From Phycisphaerales bacterium (GTDB lineage Bacteria; Planctomycetota; Phycisphaerae; Phycisphaerales; UBA1924): DNA of 64,000 nt. Where the stretch lies: positions 2,880,001 through 2,944,000 of the forward strand of contig OZ245777.1 of the NCBI GenBank assembly GCA_965227775.1, in the 5' to 3' direction. The notes under the pieces are model-generated. The model had not been told where the DNA came from. It saw nothing but the letters and a program-made list of their open reading frames with translations, and made no database searches. Position 1 is the first letter of the stretch, and every line of letters begins with the position of its first letter. Of the stretch, positions 20,248-30,189 are shown in pieces. The position numbers and the translations under genes are program-made.

Positions 20248-21051
20248 TCAGCGACGGAACCACGAAGTGATAGCGTGCATCGTCACCGCCCGGCCCATCG
20301 CACCGATGGACTCAGTGAGCGGGATCTCCTTCGGGCACACCTTCACGCAGTTCTGCGCGTTGCCGCAGTCCGACACGCCGCCGGGGCCCATGAGAGCCTC
20401 CAGCCGCTCGGCCTTGAGCTGCTTTCCCGTCTCATGCTCGTTGAATAGCCGAGCCTGGCTAATTGCGGCGGCCCCGATGAAGCTGGTGGGCCACTCCTCG
20501 GCGTCTTCCTCGAGGTTGTACTGCGGGCAAGCCTCAAGGCAGCAGCCGCACGACATGCACGTCGACAGCTTGTAGCGGGTGCCCTGATCGTCGGGGTTCT
20601 CCTTCGGGCCCGAGCCCAGGTCGTAGGTGCCGTCGATGGGCACCCAGGCCTTGACGCGCTGCAACGCTTTGAACATGCGCTCGCGATCCACCCAGAGGTC
20701 ACGGATCACCGGGAACTTGCTCATCGGTTCGAGCGTGACCTCGTCACCCTCGTTCGGAGCGATATTCTCGATGAGTGCCGTACAGCTCTGGCGGACGCTG
20801 CCGTTGATGAGCATGGTGCACGCGCCGCAGACCTCTTCAAGGCAGCCCGAGTCCCACGCGACCGGCGTGGTCTTCTTGCCCTCGATGGTCGTCGGGTGTG
20901 CGGCGATCCACTGCAGGCACGAGATGATGTTGGCCCCGGGCTCACGCGGCACGTCGAAGGACTGCCAGTACGAAGGCTTGCCCGGCCCATCGCTCCGCTT
21001 GATGCGGATACGCACGGTCTTGTTCTTGGTGCTCTGTGCTGTGGCGATCAT
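20248..21051 (-). CDS. sdhB: Succinate dehydrogenase iron-sulfur subunit
   Basis: CLEEVCGAC, CMSCGCCLEACP, CGNAQNCVKVCP. Confidence 0.95.
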   Translation of the reverse strand: MIATAQSTKNKTVRIRIKRSDGPGKPSYWQSFDVPREPGANIISCLQWIAAHPTTIEGKKTTPVAWDSGCLEEVCGACTMLINGSVRQSCTALIENIAPNEGDEVTLEPMSKFPVIRDLWVDRERMFKALQRVKAWVPIDGTYDLGSGPKENPDDQGTRYKLSTCMSCGCCLEACPQYNLEEDAEEWPTSFIGAAAISQARLFNEHETGKQLKAERLEALMGPGGVSDCGNAQNCVKVCPKEIPLTESIGAMGRAVTMHAITSWFRR

Positions 21052-21081
21052 TACGTGCTCGCTTCCTTCGATTCGATGGGA

Positions 21082-23124
21082 TCAGGCGCCGCTAGTTGCC
21101 GCCGGCTTTTTAACTGCGGTTTCGGAATCCTCTGCGGCGGGCGACCCGTTCTTCGCGGGCGCCTCGTTGTCGACCTTGCCGTACGTGCGTGCCCGCGGCT
21201 TGACGAGCATCGTCTGCACTTCTCGATAGGTCACGGCGTGCTGATCGACGCCGGTCGCACTCGAGTCAAACGACGCGACGGTGGTCTTCAGGAATCGCTC
21301 GTCATCGCGATCGGGGAAGTCGGTGCGATAGTGCGAACCGCGGCTCTCTTCGCGGAGCAGGCTGCACTTGGCGATCATCTCGGCCATGATGAGCATGTCG
21401 CCCACCGCCCGGCTGTAGCTGAGCGACTGGTTGGTCCATGCGGCGGCATCGGGCAGGCGGGCACGGCTGAAGCGCTCTCGCAGAGACGCGAGGGTGTCGA
21501 GCGTCTTGCCAAGCCGCTCGGCGGTCTTTACGACCGTGCAAGACGCTTCCATGACCTCGCCCATCTCTTTGCCGATGAGATAGGGGTTGGTGTCGTCATC
21601 GCCTTCGGCGCCCTCGACCGTATCCAGCAGGCGATCGACCTTGGCCTGCTCGTGCTCGACCGCACGATCGAATATGCCCTGATCGACACCGTCGATCGGC
21701 CGCTCGCTCGGCGAGCCCTCTTTCACGAAGTTGGCAACGCCCTGGCCGCAATACAGTCCGTCGAAGATGCAGCTCAGCAGCGCGTTGGCACCCAGCCGCG
21801 TGGCGCCGTGGTAGGCAAAATTGACCTCTCCGAAAGCGTACAAGCCTTCGACGTTGGTCATCATGTTGTTGGGGGCTCCGAGCATCATTCCGCGGCCGGG
21901 CGTGGTGTCGATCGGCGCGACCATCCCCGGCTTGTGATCGCCGTAGGGCGCGTCGGGCTCGTATGTACCGGGCGTGAACTGCGTCCACATGCCACCCATG
22001 GAGTAGTGGACGGCCGGGAAGATGCGCATCGGCTCGAAGCGCGGGTCCTCGCCCGCGAACTTCTCGTAGATCTCCATGATGCCGCCGAGCTTGTTGGTCA
22101 GGTAGTCGGGGTCCTTGTGGGTCAGGTCGAGATAGACCTGGTTCTGGCCGCCGATGCCCATGCCGTCGTTGACGCACACGTCGAAGATCTCGCGCGTCGC
22201 GATGTCTCGCGGCACGAGGTTGCCATACTTGGGGTAGCGCTCCTCGAGGAAGTACCACCGCTCGCTCTCGGGGATGTCGCTGGGCCTGCGGTCGTCGCCC
22301 TTCTTCTTGGGCACCCACACGCGGCCGCCCTCTCCGCGTGCGCTTTCGCTCATGAGACGGCACTTGTCGGCCCCGGGGATCGCGGTCGGGTGGACCTGGA
22401 TCATCTCGCCGTTGCCGTACCAGGCACCGGCTTGGTAACACCGGCTGGCGGCGCCGCCCGTGCAGATGATGCTGTTGGTGCTCTTCCCGAAGACGAGCCC
22501 GCAGCCGCCGGTGGCCATGATCGTGGCCGCACCGCGGAACGAGCGGATCTGCATCGTCCGCATGTCCTGGGCCACGATACCCACGCAGCGGCCGTCACCC
22601 TCGAGACCGTTGACCTCGCCTTCGATGACCGGCCACAGGAACTCCCAGAACTCATACTTCTTCACGAGTCCGGCCGCCTCGTAACGACGAGTTTGCTCGT
22701 CGAGCGCGTAGAGGAGCTGCTGCCCGGTCGTCGCGCCGGCAAAGTGCGTGCGCTTGAAGAGCGAGCCACCGAAGAGGCGCAGGTCGCGCTGGCCTTCATT
22801 GGTCCGGTTGAATGGCACGCCCATGCGGTCGAGGAGGTCGATGACCTTGGGCGCAAAGTTCGCCATCTCGAGCACGGGGCCCTGGTCGGCCAGGTAGTCA
22901 CCGCCGTAGATGGTCTCGTCGAAGTGCTGGTATTCGCTGTAACCCTGCTGGCGGGCGATCTCGTTGCACGCGTTGATACCGCCCTGCGCACACACGCTGT
23001 GGCTGCGCTTTACGGGCACCATGCTGAACAGGTCGACCGGGATGCCGGCTTCGGCGATCCGCACGGTTGCGGCCAAGCCGGCCAGGCCCCCACCTACGAC
23101 GATGACGCGTTGTTGCTGCTGCAC
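21082..23124 (-). CDS. sdhA: Succinate dehydrogenase flavoprotein subunit
   Basis: VVGGGLAGL, RSHSVCAQGGIN, QVHPT, SESARGEGG, HYSMGG, REESRGSH. Confidence 0.97.
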   Translation of the reverse strand: MQQQQRVIVVGGGLAGLAATVRIAEAGIPVDLFSMVPVKRSHSVCAQGGINACNEIARQQGYSEYQHFDETIYGGDYLADQGPVLEMANFAPKVIDLLDRMGVPFNRTNEGQRDLRLFGGSLFKRTHFAGATTGQQLLYALDEQTRRYEAAGLVKKYEFWEFLWPVIEGEVNGLEGDGRCVGIVAQDMRTMQIRSFRGAATIMATGGCGLVFGKSTNSIICTGGAASRCYQAGAWYGNGEMIQVHPTAIPGADKCRLMSESARGEGGRVWVPKKKGDDRRPSDIPESERWYFLEERYPKYGNLVPRDIATREIFDVCVNDGMGIGGQNQVYLDLTHKDPDYLTNKLGGIMEIYEKFAGEDPRFEPMRIFPAVHYSMGGMWTQFTPGTYEPDAPYGDHKPGMVAPIDTTPGRGMMLGAPNNMMTNVEGLYAFGEVNFAYHGATRLGANALLSCIFDGLYCGQGVANFVKEGSPSERPIDGVDQGIFDRAVEHEQAKVDRLLDTVEGAEGDDDTNPYLIGKEMGEVMEASCTVVKTAERLGKTLDTLASLRERFSRARLPDAAAWTNQSLSYSRAVGDMLIMAEMIAKCSLLREESRGSHYRTDFPDRDDERFLKTTVASFDSSATGVDQHAVTYREVQTMLVKPRARTYGKVDNEAPAKNGSPAAEDSETAVKKPAATSGA

Positions 23125-23213
23125 TGTGGGGCCTCCGATCCGGGGAACGTCTCGATCCGTTCCGAGCTTGTCTGCAGGTCTGTCTTACTGAAGTATCGCG
23201 AGCATCGGCTTAT

Positions 23214-23231
23214 TTTCAACTGCAATTGAAA
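23214..23231. promoter_or_regulatory. AT-rich 18-bp near-perfect palindrome between sdhC and sdhA
   Basis: TTTCAA-C-TGCA-A-TTGAAA, 16 of 18 positions symmetric. Confidence 0.4.
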
Positions 23232-23243
23232 CTCATGAAACCC

Positions 23244-24179
23244 TCAGCCCGTCCGGGATTCCCAAACTTCGGGCTCGTTCGCCTGAGCAGCCGGCACCCG
23301 CTCGGTGCCCTCGATCGTCTCGTCGGGCTTCTCGATGCCCTTCTGCTCTATGTAGGCCTCGTACTCGGCCGTGCTCTTCTTCTCGATGTACATGTCGCGC
23401 TCGACGGCGTGGGCCTCGTCGTAGTCGAGGGTCATCGCGGCAAACAACGAAGACCAGCCCGCCAGCATCAGCATCGCACCGAGCCCGGCGCAGGCCACGC
23501 CCCATCGCCGCTGGGCCTTCGCAGAGATGGTCAAGCCCCAGGTGATGGCAGCGGTCCAGAGGCCGTTGGCGAAGTGGAAGATGAGCAAAGTCACCCCCAC
23601 CATGTACAACGCCGAGACGGCAACGCCCGTGAGCGTGAAGCCGTCTGTCGAGCCCTGCATCGCCGCGGCAAGCGTGGAGGCAGAGAAACTGTGGCTCCAC
23701 TTGGTGCCTTCAGGCACGAGCCAGGACCACCCCCACCGCAGCGTGGCCACGTGGTACACGATGAAGAGGATGCCGACGTAGCCCGAGATGCGCTGCAGCG
23801 TGTACCGCCAGTTGTCCTGGTAGCTGTACCGCTTCAGGTTCGACTTACCGGTGGTCGCGTAGTAGACGCCCAGGATGCTGTGGAACGCGATCGAGACCCA
23901 CAACGTGATCTCGATGAGCAGCAGGTGCGGGACCTGCTCGTTGATCCAGGTGACCTCGTGCTGGAAGTAGCGGACACCACCTTCGGATACCGACAGACCT
24001 TCGCCCTGCCCTCGCAACGCAAACCGCCCCCAGGCGAGCGATGAATTCGTGACGAGGTGGGCGACAAGAAACACGCCGATGGGCACGATGCCCGTTAGCG
24101 AGTGCAGGCGGCGCATCAGGAAGTGGATCTGCGTCTGGGTCTGGCTGGGCTTCGAGGGGGTCTGGGATCCGCTTGCCAC
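23244..24179 (-). CDS. sdhC: Succinate dehydrogenase cytochrome b558 subunit (Bacillus-type, dihaem)
   Basis: RRLHSLTGIVPIGVFLVAHL, FHSILG, LQRISG..YHV, FHFANGLWT..TWG. Confidence 0.92.
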   Translation of the reverse strand: MASGSQTPSKPSQTQTQIHFLMRRLHSLTGIVPIGVFLVAHLVTNSSLAWGRFALRGQGEGLSVSEGGVRYFQHEVTWINEQVPHLLLIEITLWVSIAFHSILGVYYATTGKSNLKRYSYQDNWRYTLQRISGYVGILFIVYHVATLRWGWSWLVPEGTKWSHSFSASTLAAAMQGSTDGFTLTGVAVSALYMVGVTLLIFHFANGLWTAAITWGLTISAKAQRRWGVACAGLGAMLMLAGWSSLFAAMTLDYDEAHAVERDMYIEKKSTAEYEAYIEQKGIEKPDETIEGTERVPAAQANEPEVWESRTG

Positions 24180-24284
24180 GCGTTGGCTCCTGGTCGATGT
24201 CTAGGTTCCGATGGGCCCGGTGTTGTTATCGGCTCGGAGGCCGGGTCGCATGAGCGGCCGCTGTCCGAGCGCCCGGCGGACTCG

Positions 24285-24764
24285 TCAGGGCGAGATCGAG
24301 CCCGGCCCACCAGGTTGGCCCGGCTGTCCGGGTGCGCCGGCCTGGCCAATATCGACCTGCTTGGCGCGGCCCTCGGCGATCGCCTTATCGACGGCCTTGT
24401 TCACTTCGACGAACTGCAAGCGCAGCTCGTGGGCGGTCTGCTTGACGGTCTCGGCCTCTTCCTCGGTGAGGTTGCCCTTGGTCTTTTCCTCGAGCGTGCT
24501 CAGCAAGTCGACGTGGAACTTGGCGAGGTCCATCGCAACCATCGCCCGACCCGTTTGCGGATCCGGGAAGGCCCCCATGTACAGGAGCGCTTGTGTTGCG
24601 AGGATCTGGACAATGCCCAGGACGTCGGCCGGCGGAAGCTCGCGCTCGGATGACTGTTGTGCGTGCTGCTGTTCTTGCTCGGACAGCTTCTGGCGCTCGG
24701 CTTCGGCCTGGCTCTTCCAGTCGGAATCGATAATCAGCTTGGGCTCGTTTTCCTGATCGGCCAC
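24285..24764 (-). CDS. DUF1844 domain protein
   Basis: LIIDSDWK, QALLYMG..P, AKFHVDLLSTLEEKTKGNLTEEE; GAAGGAGG before GTG 24764. Confidence 0.85.
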   Translation of the reverse strand: MADQENEPKLIIDSDWKSQAEAERQKLSEQEQQHAQQSSERELPPADVLGIVQILATQALLYMGAFPDPQTGRAMVAMDLAKFHVDLLSTLEEKTKGNLTEEEAETVKQTAHELRLQFVEVNKAVDKAIAEGRAKQVDIGQAGAPGQPGQPGGPGSISP

Positions 24765-24897
24765 GATGCCTCCTTCTATCTGTCCGGCGTCTTGCCCGGG
24801 TCCCGCGGTCATGCCTCCGGCCTCGGCGGGCGGAGCGAGGGTACCCTCCGTCGTGAGCGTAGGCGGAACAGCCGAGTTTGCCGGTGTTATTCGCAGG

Positions 24898-26196
24898 ATG
24901 TGCGGGACTTTGCGCACTTTGCCGGTGCTCGTGGCCGCTGCCGTCGCCGGGTGTTCGGCGTCGGGCCCTCGCCCGACAGACCTCGGCCCCGCGGACTTTG
25001 CCGCCGAACCGGTCGCCGATTCCGACGCCCCGCCGCGGGTAGCGGTCGACCCGGGTCAGGCACGCGCCCCCGCCAGCCCGATCGATGCCGGCCAGTTTGC
25101 GACCGGTGAGGTCGTGTTGGTGCCCCCACCGGTAGATGCCCAGGAGGCATCGCAAGTCGGTCCGGCGCCCGACGTTCCGCCTCCCGTCGCGCGGCCCGCG
25201 ACCGTGCTGCTCGACGTCAAGGTGGGTGAGGTCAACAACAAGGCGATCTTCGCGGCCGAGTTCCTCGACCCGCTGGCCCAACGCCTGCGCGCCCTGGCAT
25301 ACCGCGACGTCGACCTGCCCGACGGCACCACGACGCAGGAACTCGTGCCGTTGTCGGTGTGGCAGGCACAAGCGGCGGCGATCATCACCGAGCAGCTCCA
25401 GATCTTCATCACCAACGAGTTGGTCATCGCAGAGGGGCTCGCGAGCTTCACGCCGGCGCAGCGGTCGAGCCTGCGGAACTTCCTGGGCCTTGCGCGTGTC
25501 GACCTGGAGCGGCGGTCGGGCGGCAGCATCACGCGTGCCGTGCGCAGCCTTGGAACGGGCCAGACCCTGAGCGAGTACCTTCAAGAGGTTCGCAACCGGC
25601 AGCTGATCAACAAATTTGGCGACGACCTTCGCCGGAGCGTGGTTATCACTCGAAGCGACGTCGAACGCGCTTACCTGCAGCAGTACGGCGGCGACCGGCG
25701 CGACTCGAGCATGACGTTCCGAGAGATTCGCGTGCGCGCCGACGACGAGCAGGGTGAGGCCAGGATCGCAAGGCGCCTGTCGCGCGGCGAGCCATTCGCG
25801 GAGGTCGCCACGGACGAAGCGAACACGTCGCGCCGCAGCGACGGCGGTCTCTGGCCGGCCATCAGCTTCAAGGGCGAGTTTCGCGACGCCTCGTTCTTTC
25901 CGAGTGATGAGCAGTTGGATGAGGCGCTGCGAAGTCTGACGCCCGGCGAGTGGGCCGGGCCGATCGAGGGCGCGCGTTTCACGAGTTGGATCTACCTCGA
26001 AGACATCGAGATTGGCTACAAGACGTGGGCCGAGGCTCAGAGCGAGCTTCGCGCCGAGCTCTATGACCGCCGGCTCGAGGAAGCGTACCTGCGCGAGATG
26101 TCGCGTCTGTACGAACAGGCGGGCCTGCAGGATCTCCGCGGTATGCAGCAGGAACTGCTCGCGGTGGCAACCGACTGGTACTACCCGAAGCAGTGA
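24898..26196 (+). CDS. Lipoprotein with SurA/parvulin-like peptidyl-prolyl isomerase region
   Basis: Lipobox VAGC, VGEVNNKAIF, GEPFAEVA..DGGLW, LRSLTPGEWAGPI. Confidence 0.7.
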   Translation: MCGTLRTLPVLVAAAVAGCSASGPRPTDLGPADFAAEPVADSDAPPRVAVDPGQARAPASPIDAGQFATGEVVLVPPPVDAQEASQVGPAPDVPPPVARPATVLLDVKVGEVNNKAIFAAEFLDPLAQRLRALAYRDVDLPDGTTTQELVPLSVWQAQAAAIITEQLQIFITNELVIAEGLASFTPAQRSSLRNFLGLARVDLERRSGGSITRAVRSLGTGQTLSEYLQEVRNRQLINKFGDDLRRSVVITRSDVERAYLQQYGGDRRDSSMTFREIRVRADDEQGEARIARRLSRGEPFAEVATDEANTSRRSDGGLWPAISFKGEFRDASFFPSDEQLDEALRSLTPGEWAGPIEGARFTSWIYLEDIEIGYKTWAEAQSELRAELYDRRLEEAYLREMSRLYEQAGLQDLRGMQQELLAVATDWYYPKQ

Positions 26197-26205
26197 GCAG
26201 GCCGC

Positions 26206-26607
26206 GTGCGTGTGGGGCGTCGCGACAAGCTGGGGCCACGAGGCGAGCGGGCAGCGGCGCGTCACCTGAGGCAACGCGGCTATCGCGTTCTGGGCCGGAA
26301 TCTCGAGACCCGATTTGGGGAAGCCGACCTGCTATGCGAAGCGCCGGACGGGTGCGTCGTGGTGGTTGAGGTGAAGGCCCGACGGTTTCGGCAGAACGCT
26401 CCGCCCCCTGAAGCATCGGTCACGCTCGCCAAGCGTCAGCGGCTCGCGCACATCCTGGAGCATCTGGTGCGGGCGAACGGCTGGGAGAGGCGGCCACGCC
26501 GCATCGATGTGATCGCGGTGGAGTTCGTGGCTCGACGATGGCTCCCACCTCGAGCACACGTGCGGCACATCGAGAACGCGGTGCTCAAGGGCGGCGCAGC
26601 CCGCTAG
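26206..26607 (+). CDS. yraN: YraN (UPF0102) family endonuclease-like protein
   Basis: LGPRGERAAARHLRQRGYRVLGRN, GEADL, VVVEVKAR, RIDVIAV. Confidence 0.88.
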   Translation: MRVGRRDKLGPRGERAAARHLRQRGYRVLGRNLETRFGEADLLCEAPDGCVVVVEVKARRFRQNAPPPEASVTLAKRQRLAHILEHLVRANGWERRPRRIDVIAVEFVARRWLPPRAHVRHIENAVLKGGAAR

Positions 26608-28331
26608 ATGTCTTGATCGGCCTCTTCGTCGACCGGAGCTGGAACGGGCGAAGACCAATCTCGTCTACCGGCCAAGCGATCGCGGAACTGCGCCTCGGCG
26701 CGGCGTTCTTCGACGAGTTGGAGGTCAAGCCGCAGCGGGACGATCACGCTGAACATCGAGCCGCGCCCGATGTCTGACACGAGTTGGATCTCGCACTGCA
26801 GCACGCCGGCGAGCTCTCGGGCGATCGCAAGGCCCAACCCGGTGCCCGCATGCTCACGCGTTCGGCTGGCATCGACCTGGGTGAACTTCTCGAATACGCG
26901 TTCCTGGTCTTCGGGCGAGATGCCAGGACCGTTGTCGATGACGCTGATGCGAACGCGGTCGACGCCGCCGGCATCCGACAAACGCTCGGCTCGTAGCTCG
27001 ACGCGCATCGGGCCGGTTGAGCCCGGCGCGCCGGTGAACTTGACTGCGTTTGAAAGGAAGTTGAAGACGACCTGCTGGAGCTTCTTTGGGTCGGTCTCGA
27101 TGAGCGGCAGGTCTCGCTCGACGTGCTGCACGAGTTCGATCTGGCGGCGCTGGGCAAGGGGGTCGACCAGGCCGACCAACGTTTCGCACAGCGCTGGCAC
27201 GCTGACGGGTTGGACGTGCAGCTCGAATCGGCCGGCCTCGAGCTTGGCCATTTCCAGCAGGCCGTTGATCATCTCCAGCAGATCGCGGCCGGCGGTGTGG
27301 ATGTATTGGAGGTATCGCATGCGCTTGGCACGCTGCTCGGGTGTTTCGGGCACGCCCTGCTGGCTCGACTGGGCGATCTCGAGGAGGAGTTCGGCAAAGC
27401 CGTTGATGGAGTTCAGCGGTGTGCGCAGCTCGTGGCTGACGTTCGCGAGGAAGTCGCTCTTGAGGCGGTTGGCATCGAAGAGGATCTTGTTAGCCTCAGC
27501 CAGCTCGCTCACGCGGCTCTCGAGTGCGCTGCCGGCGGCGCGGAGGCGCTGCTCGTTGGCCTGGAGCGCGATGAGCATGGCGTTGAAGGCGTTGGCGAGT
27601 TCCTCGAACTCGTCGTGCGTCGAGACCTCCACGCGATGGGCGAGGTCGCCCTCACGGACGCGATCGGCGGCGCGCCGGAGCACCTCGACGGGCTTCAGGA
27701 TGATGCGGTGCAGCAGCAGGTAGAACAGCGTGACGGCGACCGCAAGGACGGCGGCGCCGGCGTTGAGCAGGTAGATCGCGTTGACCGCCATCAGCCACGC
27801 CGCGCCCTCGGCTGGGCGCTCGAGCGTGATGATGCCCAGGAGTTCGCCGGGTGCTGAGGGCTGGTCCGGATCGTCGGACGGGATGGACGGGCCGCGGACG
27901 GCGCGGGCGTATCGCTCGGTGCGCTCGGTGCGGGTGAGGATGCCCGACTCGTATCGCCAGTCATGATCGCGGAGCTCGGGTTTCGGCTGGCCTTCACGCG
28001 TAAACCGATCCAGGGCTCGGCGGAGGAATCGGTCGTCTTCGGCGCGATCACGGGCCGACTCGACGGTGTGCCACGTTGCAACGATGCCCAGGCGGTCGGT
28101 GGGCTCGCCGGGCGGGGGCAGGTCTCCGCCGCCGGCGGCGCGCCAGCTCTCGACCTTCTGGCGGCTGAGCTGGAGCTCTCCGCTGGTGACCAGCGCGCTC
28201 ATGCGTAGCCACGCGACGCCAAGGGCGATGACGATGATGAGCACGAGCGCGGCCCCGAACAGGACCAGCGCCTTATCGGCCAGCGCGAGGCGACGGATGC
28301 GGTCGAAGATGGCGCTGGCCAGCTTGAACAT
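26604..28331 (-). CDS. Membrane sensor histidine kinase with HAMP domain
   Basis: Two TMs, HAMP (DEFEELANAFNAM), H-box FLANVSHELRTPL, NAVKFT, DNGPGI, GTGLGL. Confidence 0.95.
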   Translation of the reverse strand: MFKLASAIFDRIRRLALADKALVLFGAALVLIIVIALGVAWLRMSALVTSGELQLSRQKVESWRAAGGGDLPPPGEPTDRLGIVATWHTVESARDRAEDDRFLRRALDRFTREGQPKPELRDHDWRYESGILTRTERTERYARAVRGPSIPSDDPDQPSAPGELLGIITLERPAEGAAWLMAVNAIYLLNAGAAVLAVAVTLFYLLLHRIILKPVEVLRRAADRVREGDLAHRVEVSTHDEFEELANAFNAMLIALQANEQRLRAAGSALESRVSELAEANKILFDANRLKSDFLANVSHELRTPLNSINGFAELLLEIAQSSQQGVPETPEQRAKRMRYLQYIHTAGRDLLEMINGLLEMAKLEAGRFELHVQPVSVPALCETLVGLVDPLAQRRQIELVQHVERDLPLIETDPKKLQQVVFNFLSNAVKFTGAPGSTGPMRVELRAERLSDAGGVDRVRISVIDNGPGISPEDQERVFEKFTQVDASRTREHAGTGLGLAIARELAGVLQCEIQLVSDIGRGSMFSVIVPLRLDLQLVEERRAEAQFRDRLAGRRDWSSPVPAPVDEEADQDI

Positions 28332-28383
28332 GGGCGGCCCATGGTAGTTCGGGAGGCGGGCGGGCCGCGTACGATCTCCGCCT

Positions 28384-30021
28384 ATGCCTCGCGTGTACCT
28401 CGAGACCTTCGGCTGCCAGATGAACGAATTGGACAGCGAGCTGGTGGCCGGCCGGCTGGCCCAGCTTGGCTATGCCATGACGCGCGAGGCCGACCAAGCC
28501 GACGTCCTGCTCTATAACACCTGCTCGGTGCGTGAGCAAGCCGAGCAGAAGGTGTGGAGCCGGCTAGGCGAGCTCAAGAAGACCAAGAAGTCCAAGCCCG
28601 GTTTGGTGGTGGGCGTGCTCGGCTGCATGGCCGAGCGCGATGGCGCCGACCTGATGAAGCGGATGCCCGTGGTCGACATCATGTGCGGACCGGGCGAACT
28701 CGACAAGCTGCCGGAACTGCTCGATAACGCGGTACGAACGCGTGCATCGCTAAACGGTGATCAATCGGCCTGCCAGGCGGCTTTGCAGGGAAATACGAGC
28801 CGGCGGAGCGCAACGCTCGCTGCTGCCGAGGATCAACTGGAATTGCTCGACCTTTCTCGGGCGATCTCGCCGGTCGATGCCGATGGCAGCCACCGCAGCG
28901 CGTATGTCCGCATCACGCGAGGCTGCAACAAGTTCTGTACCTACTGCGTGGTGCCGTTCACGCGGGGGGCCGAGATCCACCGTCCGCCAGAGCACATCAT
29001 CAAAGAGTGCAAGCGGTTGGCCGACGCGGGTGTGGTGGAGATCACGCTGCTGGGCCAGACGGTGAACCACTACCGCTTCGAGCACGGTGCCTCGGTCAGT
29101 GTGGGCGGCGTGACGCAGCCGCAGAAGGGGCGGACTTACAGGGGCAGCCACCATCGCGACGCGTTCGCGGGCGAGCGCGTGACGACCTTCGCCGACCTGT
29201 TGCACCAGATTCACGAGCAAGTGCCTGGCATCCAGCGCTTGCGCTTCGTGACGAGCTACCCGCGCGACTTTGGCAACGACGTGCTGGAGGTCATGCGCGA
29301 TAGCGAGCGGATCTGCCGCTACCTGCACGTCCCAGCACAGAGTGGCAGCGATACCGTGCTCAAGCGGATGAACCGTGGATACACGGTGGGCGAGTATCTC
29401 GAGTTCCTCGACCGTGCCCGGCAGTTCTTGCACCAGCCAGAAATCGGCCGCCCGCTCATGCTCAGCGGGGACATCATCGTGGGCTTCCCGGGCGAGACCG
29501 ACGAGGACTACTGCGGCACCGTGCGTCTCTTGGAACAATCGCGATACAAGAACTGCTTCATCTTCAAGTACTCGCCCAGGCCAGGAACTGTCGCGTACGA
29601 CCGGATCCCTGACGATGTGCCAGACGCGGTGAAGCGTGAACGGAACAACCACCTGCTAGCCGTGCAGGCGCGCATCGGCGAGGAGATCGGCCGCGAGCAG
29701 ATTGGGCAGACGTTTGACGTGCTCGTTGAGGGGCTGAGCCAGAAGCAGCTCAAGAGCTCTGGGCTCACCAACGCCGCACGCAAGCCTCGAACCATCGAGG
29801 TCACCATCGGCGGGTCGGCGGTCGCAACGGCACCGGTCGTCGAGGACGAAGCCCAAGGTGACGGCCCCGTGCAGGTGACCGGGCGGAGCGACGGTGACCT
29901 CATCATCCACTTCGATGCGCACGATGCGGCGCATGCAAGGAGCCTGATCGGTCGGATCGTGCCTGTCGAGGTGGTTTCGGCGAGTGGGTTGAGCCTGGGC
30001 GGGCGGCTGGCTGTTGATTGA
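28384..30021 (+). CDS. miaB: tRNA methylthiotransferase MiaB (radical SAM)
   Basis: TFGCQMN, NTCSVRE, GCMAE, CNKFCTYC, HVPAQSGS, DIIVGFPGET, FKYSPRPGT. Confidence 0.9.
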   Translation: MPRVYLETFGCQMNELDSELVAGRLAQLGYAMTREADQADVLLYNTCSVREQAEQKVWSRLGELKKTKKSKPGLVVGVLGCMAERDGADLMKRMPVVDIMCGPGELDKLPELLDNAVRTRASLNGDQSACQAALQGNTSRRSATLAAAEDQLELLDLSRAISPVDADGSHRSAYVRITRGCNKFCTYCVVPFTRGAEIHRPPEHIIKECKRLADAGVVEITLLGQTVNHYRFEHGASVSVGGVTQPQKGRTYRGSHHRDAFAGERVTTFADLLHQIHEQVPGIQRLRFVTSYPRDFGNDVLEVMRDSERICRYLHVPAQSGSDTVLKRMNRGYTVGEYLEFLDRARQFLHQPEIGRPLMLSGDIIVGFPGETDEDYCGTVRLLEQSRYKNCFIFKYSPRPGTVAYDRIPDDVPDAVKRERNNHLLAVQARIGEEIGREQIGQTFDVLVEGLSQKQLKSSGLTNAARKPRTIEVTIGGSAVATAPVVEDEAQGDGPVQVTGRSDGDLIIHFDAHDAAHARSLIGRIVPVEVVSASGLSLGGRLAVD

Positions 30022-30041
30022 CAGGACGCAGTGCCGTCCGC

Positions 30042-30101
30042 GAACGGACCCTCTTCGACTCTCTGGCGTTCCAGAACCCGTTCGATGCGGGGTGTCCTTG
30101 G
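30042..30101 (+). pseudogene. Orphan relic of the last 20 codons of a GC-type dockerin gene
   Basis: ERTLFDSLAFQNPFDAGCPW versus ELTIFDFLAFQNAFDAGCP* at 35242-35301; 51/60 nt identical by manual alignment, stop TAG reads TGG. Confidence 0.8.
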
Positions 30102-30158
30102 CACCGCGCTCCTGTCGCTGCTGGTTTTGAGATTCCGTTTCCATATCCGGCCGAGATC

Positions 30159-30189
30159 GGGTACATTAACCGTCTGCACGGCATGCCGG
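30159..30189 (+). promoter_or_regulatory. Conserved upstream element copy 1 (TACATT -10-like box + GCACGGCATGCCGG)
   Basis: 23/31 nt identical to 32738-32768 at a similar distance from the start codon. Confidence 0.55.

Noticed and set aside
20896..23229. 777-aa plus-strand ORF
   Set aside because: Antisense shadow of sdhA.
24385..26274. 629-aa minus-strand ORF
   Set aside because: Antisense to the PPIase-like lipoprotein and off-frame over DUF1844; no motifs.
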